Below are positions 1-7,843 of a DNA stretch of 50,791 nucleotides, in pieces; within the stretch, counting starts at the first letter, position 1, and each line of letters begins with the position of its first letter. The notes below the pieces were generated by a model. It worked only from the letters and a program-made list of their open reading frames with translations, did no database searches and was not told the origin of the DNA. The position numbers were made by a program, and so were the translations under genes. The DNA lies in the IMG/VR virus record IMGVR_UViG_3300028840_000889, positions 1-50,791 of that record, one strand, 5' to 3'. Source of the DNA: a virus. Its lineage: Duplodnaviria; Caudoviricetes.

Positions 1-212
1 TTATTAAGGGAACTGTATCCCTCAGGTAGTCTCTGAACCTTCCTTAGATGTATCTAAGGCTTGGATGCTGATTGCCGTGTCGTATTGCTCTTTGAGAAAG
101 AGACTAAACTGTTCTTCAGTATTATTACCATAACCATAAAGGTCAAAGGTTAGTCAATACGATTTAGGTTTCCAGCAGTTCACCCGATTTATACTACACA
201 TTGGTTTAGTTT
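1..212 (-). mobile_element. Group I intron 3 of psbA (inserted after CDS nt 548, within Met183; 3' end lies outside the window)
   Basis: The D1 frame breaks at ...GTFNY-AT|. P1 pairs exon ACTACAT with intron GTGTAGT, giving the U.G pair at the splice site. Core elements are present: P GTGAACTGCTGGAAA, Q AATCAGCATCC, R GGTTCAGAGACTAC. P5 has a ~90-nt extension. Confidence 0.9.
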
Positions 213-443
213 ATGTAGTTAAAAGTACCAGAAATACCAAGGGGCATAGCATCAGAGAAAGAACCTTGACCGAAAGGATACACAAGGAATACGGCACTCG
301 CAGCAGCAACAGGTGCAGAGTAAGCAACCATAATCCAGGGACGCATACCTAAACGATAGGAGAGTTCCCATTCACGACCCATGTAGCAATAGATGCCGAT
401 GAGGAAGTGAAATACAACAAGTTGAAATGGACCTCCATTATAG
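213..443 (-). CDS. psbA: Photosystem II D1 protein, exon 3
   Basis: Translates to (L)[76 protein letters not shown](M), which is unmistakably D1. Confidence 0.97.
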
Positions 444-527
444 CAATAGGAGGACTATATGTTTCCATATAGATTGGACTATATCTTCACCTCATTTCTA
501 TTTAAGGTGTCGGGCGCTGATCTGGTA

Positions 528-1199
528 TTACTCAACACGCTTGCTGACCCCAGTAGTCTCTGAACCTTCCACAGAAGTATCGTCTGTGGCTTGGCTGCTG
601 ATTGGCGTATTCTCTAAAATCCAACTGCAAGAAATACCACTTGTTAAAAGTCTATTTCCATTAGCAACACTATTGAGATGAGAAGGATAAACATTTATCC
701 CATACTTTTCTAAAATAACAGAACAAACAGTTTTGAGTGTTTTATCTTCATTTGAATTGTAAATCACATCTCCAAGATGATTACCAATAGTCCGTTCAGT
801 TAGTTTTTCGTAAATATGAAATACTTTACTGTATTTTCTATTAGTAAGTGTTTCTTGTGTTGCATTTTTTGGATTTTTGTAGGCATGATTGATAAGATTT
901 TTACCAATCTGTTGCCTTACACTTTTTGGTTGTTTCAGAGCAGCGGCACGAAGTTGTCCGCTTTCTTTTGCAACCTTACCACCTTTTTTACCTGCAAGAG
1001 AAATAACTTGATGGATTATTTCTTCTTTTTTAGAATAACCTGCAAGTGCTCTCCAAGCAATCTTATCTTCTTGGTTTCCCCAAAGACACCAGTTGCAATA
1101 GTGAAACATAGCGTGTTGAGTTGTTGAAACTTCTACAAGATTTTGGGGTTCGTCAGAACCACCAAGATATTTTGGAGTAAGGTGATGTTTGTGTTTCAT
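528..1199 (-). CDS. Intron-encoded HNH-type homing endonuclease
   Basis: Motif HKHHLTPKYLGG...NLVEVSTTQHAMFH. The ORF begins in the P5 region and its C-terminus runs into the intron Q/R core. The likely start is ATG 1199; the ORF track opens at 1226. Confidence 0.85.
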   Translation of the reverse strand: MKHKHHLTPKYLGGSDEPQNLVEVSTTQHAMFHYCNWCLWGNQEDKIAWRALAGYSKKEEIIHQVISLAGKKGGKVAKESGQLRAAALKQPKSVRQQIGKNLINHAYKNPKNATQETLTNRKYSKVFHIYEKLTERTIGNHLGDVIYNSNEDKTLKTVCSVILEKYGINVYPSHLNSVANGNRLLTSGISCSWILENTPISSQATDDTSVEGSETTGVSKRVE

Positions 1200-1248
1200 A
1201 GAGAACTTAGCTTTCCAGCAATTCACCCGATTTTAAGTGACCCAATAT

Positions 1249-1256
1249 TATTTATA
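1249..1256 (-). promoter_or_regulatory. T4-type late promoter inside the P1 loop of intron 2
   Basis: Exact TATAAATA about 50 nt upstream of the endonuclease ATG. Confidence 0.75.
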
Positions 1257-1257
1257 A

Positions 1258-1395
1258 AGCCACTCATCAAGGGAAGCTGCTTCCCAGATTGGATAGAAAT
1301 GCAATCCAATCGCATTTGAACTTGGAACAACAGCACCAGAGATGATGTTATTACCATACATAAGCGAACCAGCAACTGGTTCACGAATCCCGTCG
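1258..1395 (-). CDS. psbA: Photosystem II D1 protein, exon 2
   Basis: Translates to (I)[45 protein letters not shown](L). Confidence 0.97.
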
Positions 1396-1653
1396 CTTAC
1401 TTCATATAAACAACCATATCATAAGACTTAGGTTATTTCAGATTACTCTGTGAAGTTTGGACTATATCTTCACCCTTCATTTTTATTGAAGGGGCTGGGC
1501 ACTTAAACCTGTTATTAAGAGGACTGAACCTCTCAGGTAGTCTCTGAACCTTTCTTAGATGTATCTAAGACTTGGCTGCTGATTGCCTTTCGGTTTCCAG
1601 CAATTCACCCAGTTTCGTCAATACTCTTACGAGTAAGGGACACCGATTAGTTA
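1396..1653 (-). mobile_element. Group I intron 1 of psbA (after CDS nt 179, within Ile60), 258 nt, no ORF
   Basis: P1 GACAT/GTGTC has the U.G pair. P, Q, R and S elements are all present, P5 is minimal (CC-GAAA-GG), and the terminal G is at 1396. Splicing restores AT|C (Ile). Confidence 0.93.
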
Positions 1654-1832
1654 ATGTCTACGGGAGGCGCTCCAACGAACGCGATAATAAAACAAGTAGT
1701 TGCAACCAATAAAGTTGGCAACATCAATACACCAAACCACCCAACGTATAGTCGGTTGTTAGTTGAAGTAACCCAGGAACAAAAATCATTCCAGAGATTA
1801 GTATTTGAACGTGTAGCAATTGTAGCAGTCAT
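1654..1832 (-). CDS. psbA: Photosystem II D1 protein, exon 1
   Basis: [59 protein letters not shown](I) is the D1 N-terminus. Confidence 0.97.
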
Positions 1833-1973
1833 TTGTTTAAAAGGGGGTAAGTATGAGTTCGGGGGAACGAACTTGGTATAGTATATTCCACGACACCCTC
1901 CATCGTGGATATGAGGGATGCTTTACTTCTCTTGATCCCGGTTTGAGAAGACACGGTTTTTAACCCCGTGTAT
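1833..1973 (-). ncRNA. Structured psbA 5' leader, probably the PhotoRC-II RNA motif
   Basis: Hairpins ACACGG/CCGTGT, CTTCTC/GAGAAG, CCACGA/TCGTGG (loop GAGGG can pair with upstream CCCTC) and AGTTCG/CGAACT. PhotoRC-II is known from this position upstream of cyanophage psbA. The family assignment was not searched. Confidence 0.6.
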
Positions 1974-1979
1974 GTATAT

Positions 1980-2008
1980 ATGATACCATTGTTAGGAAAT
2001 CCTGTCAA
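1980..2008 (-). promoter_or_regulatory. Sigma70-like promoter of psbA
   Basis: TTGACA-N17-TATCAT. Confidence 0.8.
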
Positions 2009-2034
2009 TAGGTCCAATTACCTAAGTGGCACAT

Positions 2035-2042
2035 TATAAATA
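2035..2042 (+). promoter_or_regulatory. T4-type late promoter for the plus-strand small-gene cluster
   Basis: TATAAATA upstream of the ORF at 2086. Confidence 0.6.
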
Positions 2043-2085
2043 AAGGGTTTTTAATAAATATAAATGTAATCAACATTTCATCTCC

Positions 2086-2199
2086 GTGCCAAAATCACCG
2101 AACAAAGGTAAGAAAGATTGTACTGGAGGAAAGCATCCCAAACAAAATCAGGGAAATGCCACCGCTAAAAAAGGTAAAAACGGTGGCAAGAAGAGGTGA
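2086..2199 (+). CDS. Small Lys/Gly-rich basic protein (37 aa)
   Basis: GTG start, MPKSPNKGKKDCTGGKHPKQNQGNATAKKGKNGGKKR. It is below the ORF-track cutoff and leads directly into the next ORF. Confidence 0.6.
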   Translation: MPKSPNKGKKDCTGGKHPKQNQGNATAKKGKNGGKKR

Positions 2200-2205
2200 A
2201 AATGT

Positions 2206-2394
2206 ATGCGCGAATTCAATACTCCTCATCGTGAGAAGTGGAACGCATCGATACATAACATTCTCAAAGCAATAGATAATCATACTCAAGAATACTTCAA
2301 AAGTGGTGATATTTGGCATTTGAAAAAAGCACAAGAACTCCGTGAGTATGTTGCGGAACTAAAAACTTGGATACATAGATGTGAGGGTAGATAA
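2206..2394 (+). CDS. Hypothetical protein
   Basis: 62-aa ORF with an RBS (GAGG) in a tightly packed operon. Confidence 0.75.
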   Translation: MREFNTPHREKWNASIHNILKAIDNHTQEYFKSGDIWHLKKAQELREYVAELKTWIHRCEGR

Positions 2395-2402
2395 AATACA
2401 AA

Positions 2403-2603
2403 ATGGAACTTAATATGGGAACCATAGCAACATCTTTAATTGGAGCGACAATCATTGGTGGAGTCACAAGTTTTTGGGGACTTCAACAAAAAACTACCAT
2501 ACAAGAACAAAAAATTATTCAAATAGAAAAAACTCTTCAAGATCTTAAAGAAGAACAAGAAAGAAAATTAGATAAAATTCTTGACGCAGTAGAAAAGAAA
2601 TAA
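2403..2603 (+). CDS. Small membrane-anchored coiled-coil protein
   Basis: N-terminal hydrophobic segment followed by a charged helical tail. Confidence 0.65.
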   Translation: MELNMGTIATSLIGATIIGGVTSFWGLQQKTTIQEQKIIQIEKTLQDLKEEQERKLDKILDAVEKK

Positions 2604-2607
2604 AATT

Positions 2608-2748
2608 ATGACTGACCCAGTATGGAGTGTAAATATATTACTTGCCCTTGGATTACTTGGTACTGCCTGGGTAATTTACTATATACTCACATTAGACACT
2701 AGAGAAAATGTATCAATACAAGATCAAAAAGATACACAAGATCATTGA
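2608..2748 (+). CDS. Small membrane protein (46 aa)
   Basis: MTDPVWSVNILLALGLLGTAWVIYYILTLD..., one TM helix, read manually. Confidence 0.55.
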   Translation: MTDPVWSVNILLALGLLGTAWVIYYILTLDTRENVSIQDQKDTQDH

Positions 2749-3049
2749 TGGTGATACTGTTGATGTAGAAATCTCTTTAGGTTTTCATATTACAATCAAT
2801 CAAAGAGTTCGTCTCAAAGGTATTGATGCTGCTGAAACAAAAACCAAAGACCTCAAAGAAAAGGAAGAGGGTCTAGCAGCAAAGGAATGGTTGGAGAAAG
2901 AACTTTCCAAACCCGGTGAATGGATTATTGAAACCACAAAGGATGATAAGTATGGAAGAATACTTGGAACTTTATACTTAGTTGGTGAACCAGTCACCGT
3001 GAATGAGAGAATGTTGAATGATGGAATTGCTAAACCTTATATGGTATGA
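2708..3049 (+). CDS. Thermonuclease (SNase-like) family nuclease
   Basis: Motifs IIDGDTVDV, RVRLKGIDAAE, DKYGRILG and VNERMLNDGIA. Confidence 0.9.
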   Translation: MYQYKIKKIHKIIDGDTVDVEISLGFHITINQRVRLKGIDAAETKTKDLKEKEEGLAAKEWLEKELSKPGEWIIETTKDDKYGRILGTLYLVGEPVTVNERMLNDGIAKPYMV

Positions 3050-3201
3050 GAAAAAAACTTCTTCCAATTCTCATTCTATTAAGATTACTGACAAATGATT
3101 GGATGATGTTAGAGAACCGTAGCCCAAAAGCAAGAACTCAACCACCAGAAGTCTTGAGATTTATAAAGAAACCTGCGAAGAAAGGAAGAAAAATCAAATA
3201 A
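3046..3201 (+). CDS. Hypothetical protein (51 aa)
   Basis: ATGA overlap with the nuclease stop; MRKKLLPILILLRLL... Confidence 0.5.
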   Translation: MRKKLLPILILLRLLTNDWMMLENRSPKARTQPPEVLRFIKKPAKKGRKIK

Positions 3202-3202
3202 C

Positions 3203-4300
3203 TTATGCGGCGGTGAAGGTAGTTGTTAATGGAATATTACCTGCCCCAATTCCACTAGAAATCTTATTAGTTGTTCCTGGAACAAACAGATTATTTCCAT
3301 GAACAACTACAGAACCAGCAGATCCTTTAACAGCAAATCCAGTCCCAGCAGCAATATTAAATGCTACTTGAGCAATATTTACAGTAGAACCTGAAAGAAC
3401 AAGAATTCCATCAGAGTTTGCAATTGGATTTACAATGGTCGCATTACCAAGAATTAAAGAAGGTTTACCTACAGTAAATGAACTTTTTGCAACTATTGCT
3501 GTACCAATTCCAGTCTTTTCAATTCTGGTATTATAAACTACAGCATTTGTAGTTGTAATATTCATTGAGGTTCCTGTTCCACTAAAAAGTGTTACTAAAT
3601 CAAGATTAGCATAATAAGTATTAGAAAGATTTAAAGTAATTCCAGAACTTGATAGGTTTTGAAGTTGAACATTCTTCATATGAATACCAACTCCACTTGC
3701 CGCAGTGTTTATTACATCAACACATTTAGCAGTTGATGAAGCAGTAAACACATAAGCATCCTTAAACATTACAGAGCAACCAATAGTTCCACCAATAGTT
3801 ACTACACTATCCCCAGATCCAGCAATAAGCATATTCTCAAATGAAATCATATCACTTGCAACACCACCAACAGATGAAGCAATACTTACCGTAACAATAC
3901 CAGAAATTCTTGTTGATTTTGATACTCCTTGAGTTGGACCAACAAAGTGAATATTTGGTCTAGTTACCAAAAGATTTCCAGAGTGATCTCCAGTATTTAA
4001 CTTAACAACAACTTGATTTGCTACAGGGATATTTGCATCAGCATAATCGTGCGCTTTTTGTAAAGTTTGGAAGGGAGAATTAGGACCTCCATTTCCAGTA
4101 ACATCATCACCATCAGGATCAACAATTAAAGTCTGAGCATAAGATACAGAAACTCCTCCAAGAGTTGTTCCATTAGACAATTTCAAGATTGGACTATTGG
4201 GATCATAAAATATTTCACCCTCATTTCCAACAAACTCGGAGGCATCGGTATTACCCAGTTTTTCTACGAGAACTCTATATGTCGTATTTGGTATAGTCAT
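3203..4300 (-). CDS. Putative virion fibre/spike protein with a beta-helix-like body
   Basis: The N-terminal GEIFYDP...LKLSNGTT motif resembles fibre attachment domains. The GDDVTGNG...PFQTLQKA motif is typical of pectin-lyase-like beta helices. The protein is G/S/T/V-rich. Confidence 0.6.
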   Translation of the reverse strand: MTIPNTTYRVLVEKLGNTDASEFVGNEGEIFYDPNSPILKLSNGTTLGGVSVSYAQTLIVDPDGDDVTGNGGPNSPFQTLQKAHDYADANIPVANQVVVKLNTGDHSGNLLVTRPNIHFVGPTQGVSKSTRISGIVTVSIASSVGGVASDMISFENMLIAGSGDSVVTIGGTIGCSVMFKDAYVFTASSTAKCVDVINTAASGVGIHMKNVQLQNLSSSGITLNLSNTYYANLDLVTLFSGTGTSMNITTTNAVVYNTRIEKTGIGTAIVAKSSFTVGKPSLILGNATIVNPIANSDGILVLSGSTVNIAQVAFNIAAGTGFAVKGSAGSVVVHGNNLFVPGTTNKISSGIGAGNIPLTTTFTAA

Positions 4301-4325
4301 TATTTTTTATGTTTTTAAGTATTTA

Positions 4326-4994
4326 TCAAATAACACTAAGACATCTATTGTAATACTTCTTACGATCTTCTAATCCGCGATAACCACCATTCACTTTTCT
4401 GGTTACTTCTTCTACGGTGGGATTTTTATCACATAAGGCATTCATATTATTATTATGCCACCAAAAACCGGCGGAAGTAGCAGGATACTTGGAAGAAACA
4501 TAATCTACTCCATTCATAATCTTTGGGTCATTCATATACTTGGAGAATGATGCGTAGTTTGCTCGCCCTGTAAGTTGAATAAATCCGGCGCCTTTGTACT
4601 TTTTCCCATCACCCGGTTGAGTATTTCCTATATCTCTTCTTCCTTCATAAGCATCACCAGAAGCAAGTTCTTTCATCCATTTCCCAGCACCAGATTCGTG
4701 TGAGATTTGAGAGATAAAATGTCTCATTCGGGACTTGGTATTAATCTTAAAAAGATTGAGACAACTATTCAAATCATTAATTACAGCATCCGTGATTGAG
4801 TTTTCGTTTGATCCCCAAATAGAAGCAAGTTGTTTCTTGGTAATGAGTAATTTAACTTCTGGTTGTTTGCGATATAATTTTTCAAACTCTTCTAAAACAT
4901 GTGGTGAAGTATTTTCTTGTAGATACTCAAATGCTTCTATTTGTTCTTTAGTTCCCTTAAAATATTCAGCAGCGTCTGTGAATTTGATAGTCAT
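4326..4994 (-). CDS. Glycoside hydrolase family 19 (chitinase-like) endolysin
   Basis: [31 protein letters not shown] and VTRKVNGG...GLEDR. Likely start is ATG 4994. Confidence 0.9.
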   Translation of the reverse strand: MTIKFTDAAEYFKGTKEQIEAFEYLQENTSPHVLEEFEKLYRKQPEVKLLITKKQLASIWGSNENSITDAVINDLNSCLNLFKINTKSRMRHFISQISHESGAGKWMKELASGDAYEGRRDIGNTQPGDGKKYKGAGFIQLTGRANYASFSKYMNDPKIMNGVDYVSSKYPATSAGFWWHNNNMNALCDKNPTVEEVTRKVNGGYRGLEDRKKYYNRCLSVI

Positions 4995-5002
4995 AATTTT
5001 TT

Positions 5003-5557
5003 TTAAGAACAGTGTTTCCAAGATTTACCAGATACAATATTTAGAATTGATCTTCTAGACACATTAAAAGTTTCCATCAATTCTTTAACATTACTATTAT
5101 GATACGAAGTTCTTTTATATAATTTTTTAATCTTAATAATTTCGTTTTCCGTAAGTTTAGAAAATCCATTACGAGATCCAATTGGGTCTGTCTTGTGTAT
5201 TTTTTTATCTGCTAAATTATCAATATGATAAGTCCACCTAAGATTATCAAGACAATTATTTGTTGGATCTCCATCACAATGAGTAGATTCTTGCTCAGGT
5301 AAAGGTTTTCCAATAAATGCTTCTAAAACAATTCTAGAAACATAATCATATTTTACCTTACCATTTTTCCACAAACAAACCGTATAACGATTTTGTCTAT
5401 ATTTATTAACTCTTGGTAATAATATTTTTCCTCGTATAAATTGATTACTTCTTTTATTACTAAAAGATATTCTATCCAAACTTCTTATGCGACCAAAATT
5501 ACTTACTTCATAAAATTCTTCATACCCAATAACCGAAACCCACCTTTCAATATCCAT
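5003..5557 (-). CDS. NUMOD4-HNH homing endonuclease (free-standing)
   Basis: NUMOD4 [26 protein letters not shown]-like [18 protein letters not shown], and a C-terminal HTH. Confidence 0.88.
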   Translation of the reverse strand: MDIERWVSVIGYEEFYEVSNFGRIRSLDRISFSNKRSNQFIRGKILLPRVNKYRQNRYTVCLWKNGKVKYDYVSRIVLEAFIGKPLPEQESTHCDGDPTNNCLDNLRWTYHIDNLADKKIHKTDPIGSRNGFSKLTENEIIKIKKLYKRTSYHNSNVKELMETFNVSRRSILNIVSGKSWKHCS

Positions 5558-5562
5558 AATAT

Positions 5563-6072
5563 TTAACCTTCTTGATATACGGAAACATATACAGTTCCAG
5601 TTTTAGTTAAAGGAAGAATATAATCTCTTAGGTCAACATTTCTACAACGCACACATCCGTGAGTAGAGAATAGTTTCTGTTTTGGCAACCAGGCACCAGG
5701 CCAACCACAGGCACTACCACCTCCGTGTATCATAATGCCAGCACGACCATACTTATTTTCCTGATTCTCAAGTTCTACCAAATCAAAACTATACCATCCA
5801 AATGACATTAAAGTTCTATCATAGGATGGAGTTGGATCTTTTTCATAGTCCTTATGAATTGTTCCAATTTTATAAAGACCGGGTGGTGTATCAGTATTTC
5901 TTAATTTAAACTCAAAATCACTTCCTTGACCTCTCGCTAGTGCAGGAAGTTCCCATAGTACTTTTCCATCAAAATTAAATGCTTTCATTCTTTCGGTAAT
6001 GTCATTCATCACCAAATGACTATCACCTTTCTTAAATCCAAAATCTTGTGGTTTTTTCTTGGGACCTACCAT
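5563..6072 (-). CDS. L,D-transpeptidase (YkuD) family protein
   Basis: TPPGLY plus the catalytic IMIHGG...THGCVR motif. Confidence 0.8.
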   Translation of the reverse strand: MVGPKKKPQDFGFKKGDSHLVMNDITERMKAFNFDGKVLWELPALARGQGSDFEFKLRNTDTPPGLYKIGTIHKDYEKDPTPSYDRTLMSFGWYSFDLVELENQENKYGRAGIMIHGGGSACGWPGAWLPKQKLFSTHGCVRCRNVDLRDYILPLTKTGTVYVSVYQEG

Positions 6073-6252
6073 TTTAATACCTAAATTCTTCTAATGTATT
6101 TGGGAATTTCTTGGTACATAAAAAACTCCCCCTATATTTAGGAGGAGTACATTGATGCTTTAATTATAATCGCAGATACGCATAATACGATGAAAATATC
6201 CGCAATTAACATTTTAGTAAGTGTGTAAGATTTTTAAGAGTATAATAATATG

Positions 6253-6372
6253 TTAAAACACTCCTGGAAGTATTTGCCCGGTAGTTAGATAAGTACCAAC
6301 GGCAATTACAAAGCCTAGCATAGCTAATCTTCCGTTTAAAATTTCAGCCTCGGGGGTAAATCCAAATTTCAT
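6253..6372 (-). CDS. hli: High-light inducible protein (39 aa)
   Basis: MKFGFTPEAEILNGRLAMLGFVIAVGTYLTTGQILPGVF has the AExxNGRxAMxGF motif. Missed by the ORF track. Confidence 0.93.
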   Translation of the reverse strand: MKFGFTPEAEILNGRLAMLGFVIAVGTYLTTGQILPGVF

Positions 6373-6383
6373 AATTTTTCTCC

Positions 6384-6470
6384 TTAATAAGTGTTGGAAA
6401 GTTGATTGATAGAATGTGCCAGAAGCACCAGAAAAGCAATAATCGTTACGGTAAAAACAAGTTCACTCAT
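6384..6470 (-). CDS. Small membrane peptide (28 aa) between the hli genes
   Basis: MSELVFTVTIIAFLVLLAHSINQLSNTY. Its start overlaps the upstream hli stop. Confidence 0.55.
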   Translation of the reverse strand: MSELVFTVTIIAFLVLLAHSINQLSNTY

Positions 6471-6679
6471 CAGAATACACCAAAGAAAAGGTGTCCTGTG
6501 AGAGCATAAGAGACAATTGCAGAAACAAATCCCAACATTGCCCATCTTGAATTTGCCTTTTCTGCTTTTTCTGCATAAGTCTCAAGTGCATAACGCTCTG
6601 CGTCATCTGGAGACACATACATCTCAGGTTCTTTAGCGAACATATTCATTTGCCCGCGTTCATCAGTCGTAACCGTCAT
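6470..6679 (-). CDS. hli: High-light inducible protein
   Basis: NMFAKEPEMY...AEKANSRWAMLGF. Confidence 0.9.
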   Translation of the reverse strand: MTVTTDERGQMNMFAKEPEMYVSPDDAERYALETYAEKAEKANSRWAMLGFVSAIVSYALTGHLFFGVF

Positions 6680-6703
6680 CGTTGTTTTATTAAGAACTGT
6701 ATC

Positions 6704-6732
6704 ATTATATAGGAGAAGGCGGGTCTTGTCAA
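6704..6732 (-). promoter_or_regulatory. Consensus sigma70-like promoter of the hli cluster
   Basis: TTGACA-N17-TATAAT. Confidence 0.85.
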
Positions 6733-6749
6733 GGGTCTTAAGTCAGGTT

Positions 6750-7724
6750 TTACTGACCAATTTGTTTCACAGCGATTCTTGCTTTATTGAGAATGCTTCC
6801 CGAAAGAGGAACATAACCCAAATCATCAGCAAGTAATTGTGCCTTACCACTTAAGGCATAGTTAAGTGCTTTTTGAATGTCTCCAGTCTTGGCACCATTA
6901 CCACTCTTATAGGCAAGAATCCAAGTCAAAGTAGAAATGGGATAAGCACCAGAGGTAGAAGGATTAGGATTTTCTCCAGCAAGATTCACATCCAATTTAA
7001 TGGAGTTGAGAGCAAGAGCACCAGATTTTGCTGTGGGAAGAACAAACTGTCCTGACTTATTTTGAAGAGCAGCGACTTGAAGTTTATTTGTTTTTACAAA
7101 TCCAGTATTCACATAACCAATTGTTCCAGGAGCAGTTTTAATAGTTCCAGCAACACCTTCATTTCCTTTTCCGCCAACACCCACAGGCCACTTGACGGAT
7201 TTACCAACTCCAGGTTTCCAACCACCGAAAGCATCCAGAGAATTAGTGAATGCAAAGGTAGTTCCAGAACCATCAGAACGATGAACTACTTTAATAGGAC
7301 CAGCAGAACATCCAAGTTCTTTCCAGTCTTTAATAGTTCCGGAGAATATATTTACCGTTTGTTTTTGAGTGAGTTTTAGATTACATCCGGGTTTGTTATA
7401 GGCAATCGCAATCGTTCCACCCACCATAGGAATTTGAACGACACCACGTTTTACTTTAGACGCCTCTTTTGAGGAAATAGGTTCATCAGAGGCGCCGAAA
7501 TCGACAGTACCGGCGATATATTGGCGCACACCGGATCCTGATCCGGTTGATTGATAGTTTACACGATTACCAGAAGACTGCGCGTAATCATTAAAAACTC
7601 TACTATAAAAAATCGCCGGAAATGTCGCACCAGCACCATTTAGAGTTGTTGCCGCATAAGAAAGAAAGGGAATAGAAATGAGAGTAATTCCACCCATTCC
7701 CGCAAAAATTTTTTTGAGTTTCAT
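6750..7724 (-). CDS. pstS: Phosphate ABC transporter substrate-binding protein
   Basis: Signal peptide, then LNGAGATFP, YQSTGSGSG, DFGASD, VHRSDGSGTT, GKGNEGV and AYPI. Confidence 0.96.
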   Translation of the reverse strand: MKLKKIFAGMGGITLISIPFLSYAATTLNGAGATFPAIFYSRVFNDYAQSSGNRVNYQSTGSGSGVRQYIAGTVDFGASDEPISSKEASKVKRGVVQIPMVGGTIAIAYNKPGCNLKLTQKQTVNIFSGTIKDWKELGCSAGPIKVVHRSDGSGTTFAFTNSLDAFGGWKPGVGKSVKWPVGVGGKGNEGVAGTIKTAPGTIGYVNTGFVKTNKLQVAALQNKSGQFVLPTAKSGALALNSIKLDVNLAGENPNPSTSGAYPISTLTWILAYKSGNGAKTGDIQKALNYALSGKAQLLADDLGYVPLSGSILNKARIAVKQIGQ

Positions 7725-7747
7725 AAAAATTGAATAACTACAAAGTG

Positions 7748-7792
7748 ATTTTAATATAATAAAATGTAAAAGTCCACTAAGATTTGGTTAAG
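7748..7792 (-). promoter_or_regulatory. Putative cyanobacterial Pho box with -10 element upstream of pstS
   Basis: Three half-sites at an 11-bp period (CTTAACC, CTTAGTG, TTTACAT) followed by TAAAAT, with no -35. Resembles the PyTTAAPyPy consensus. Confidence 0.65.
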
Positions 7793-7821
7793 AAAAAAGA
7801 CCACCCAAAAAATGGGTGGTC
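7793..7821 (-). terminator. Intrinsic terminator after the porin gene
   Basis: GACCACCCA-TTTTT-TGGGTGGTC followed by TTTTTT. Confidence 0.8.
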
Positions 7822-7843
7822 TCACTCATTTTATGAGTAGTTT

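Larger units (their letters stand above)
444..1257 (-). mobile_element. Group I intron 2 of psbA (after CDS nt 317, within Leu106), 814 nt, encoding an HNH endonuclease
   Basis: P1 GAGTGGCT/GGTCACTT has the U.G pair. P (GTGAATTGCTGGAAA), Q (AATCAGCAGCC), R (GGTTCAGAGACTAC) and S (AAGATATAGTCC) are present, P9 is CTATATG-GAAA-CATATAG, and the terminal G is at 444. Splicing restores CT|C (Leu) in frame. Confidence 0.93.

Noticed and set aside
77-167. Promoter inside the intron 3 P5 insert (two TTGAC boxes)
   Set aside because: No well-spaced -10 element and no downstream ORF in the window.
427-1127. Plus-strand ORFs 427-681 and 816-1127, and similar antisense or alternate-frame ORFs across the window
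   Set aside because: They are shadows of well-supported genes or introns and have no recognisable motifs.
213-1832. psbA as a fragmented pseudogene
   Set aside because: The breaks coincide with group I intron boundaries, and removing the introns restores an intact frame.
1829-2017. 62-aa minus-strand ORF upstream of psbA
   Set aside because: It starts upstream of the psbA promoter and overlaps the structured leader, so it is probably spurious.
6138-6212. 24-aa hydrophobic ORF downstream of hli
   Set aside because: Too short, with no clear RBS, and it overlaps a terminator-like hairpin.
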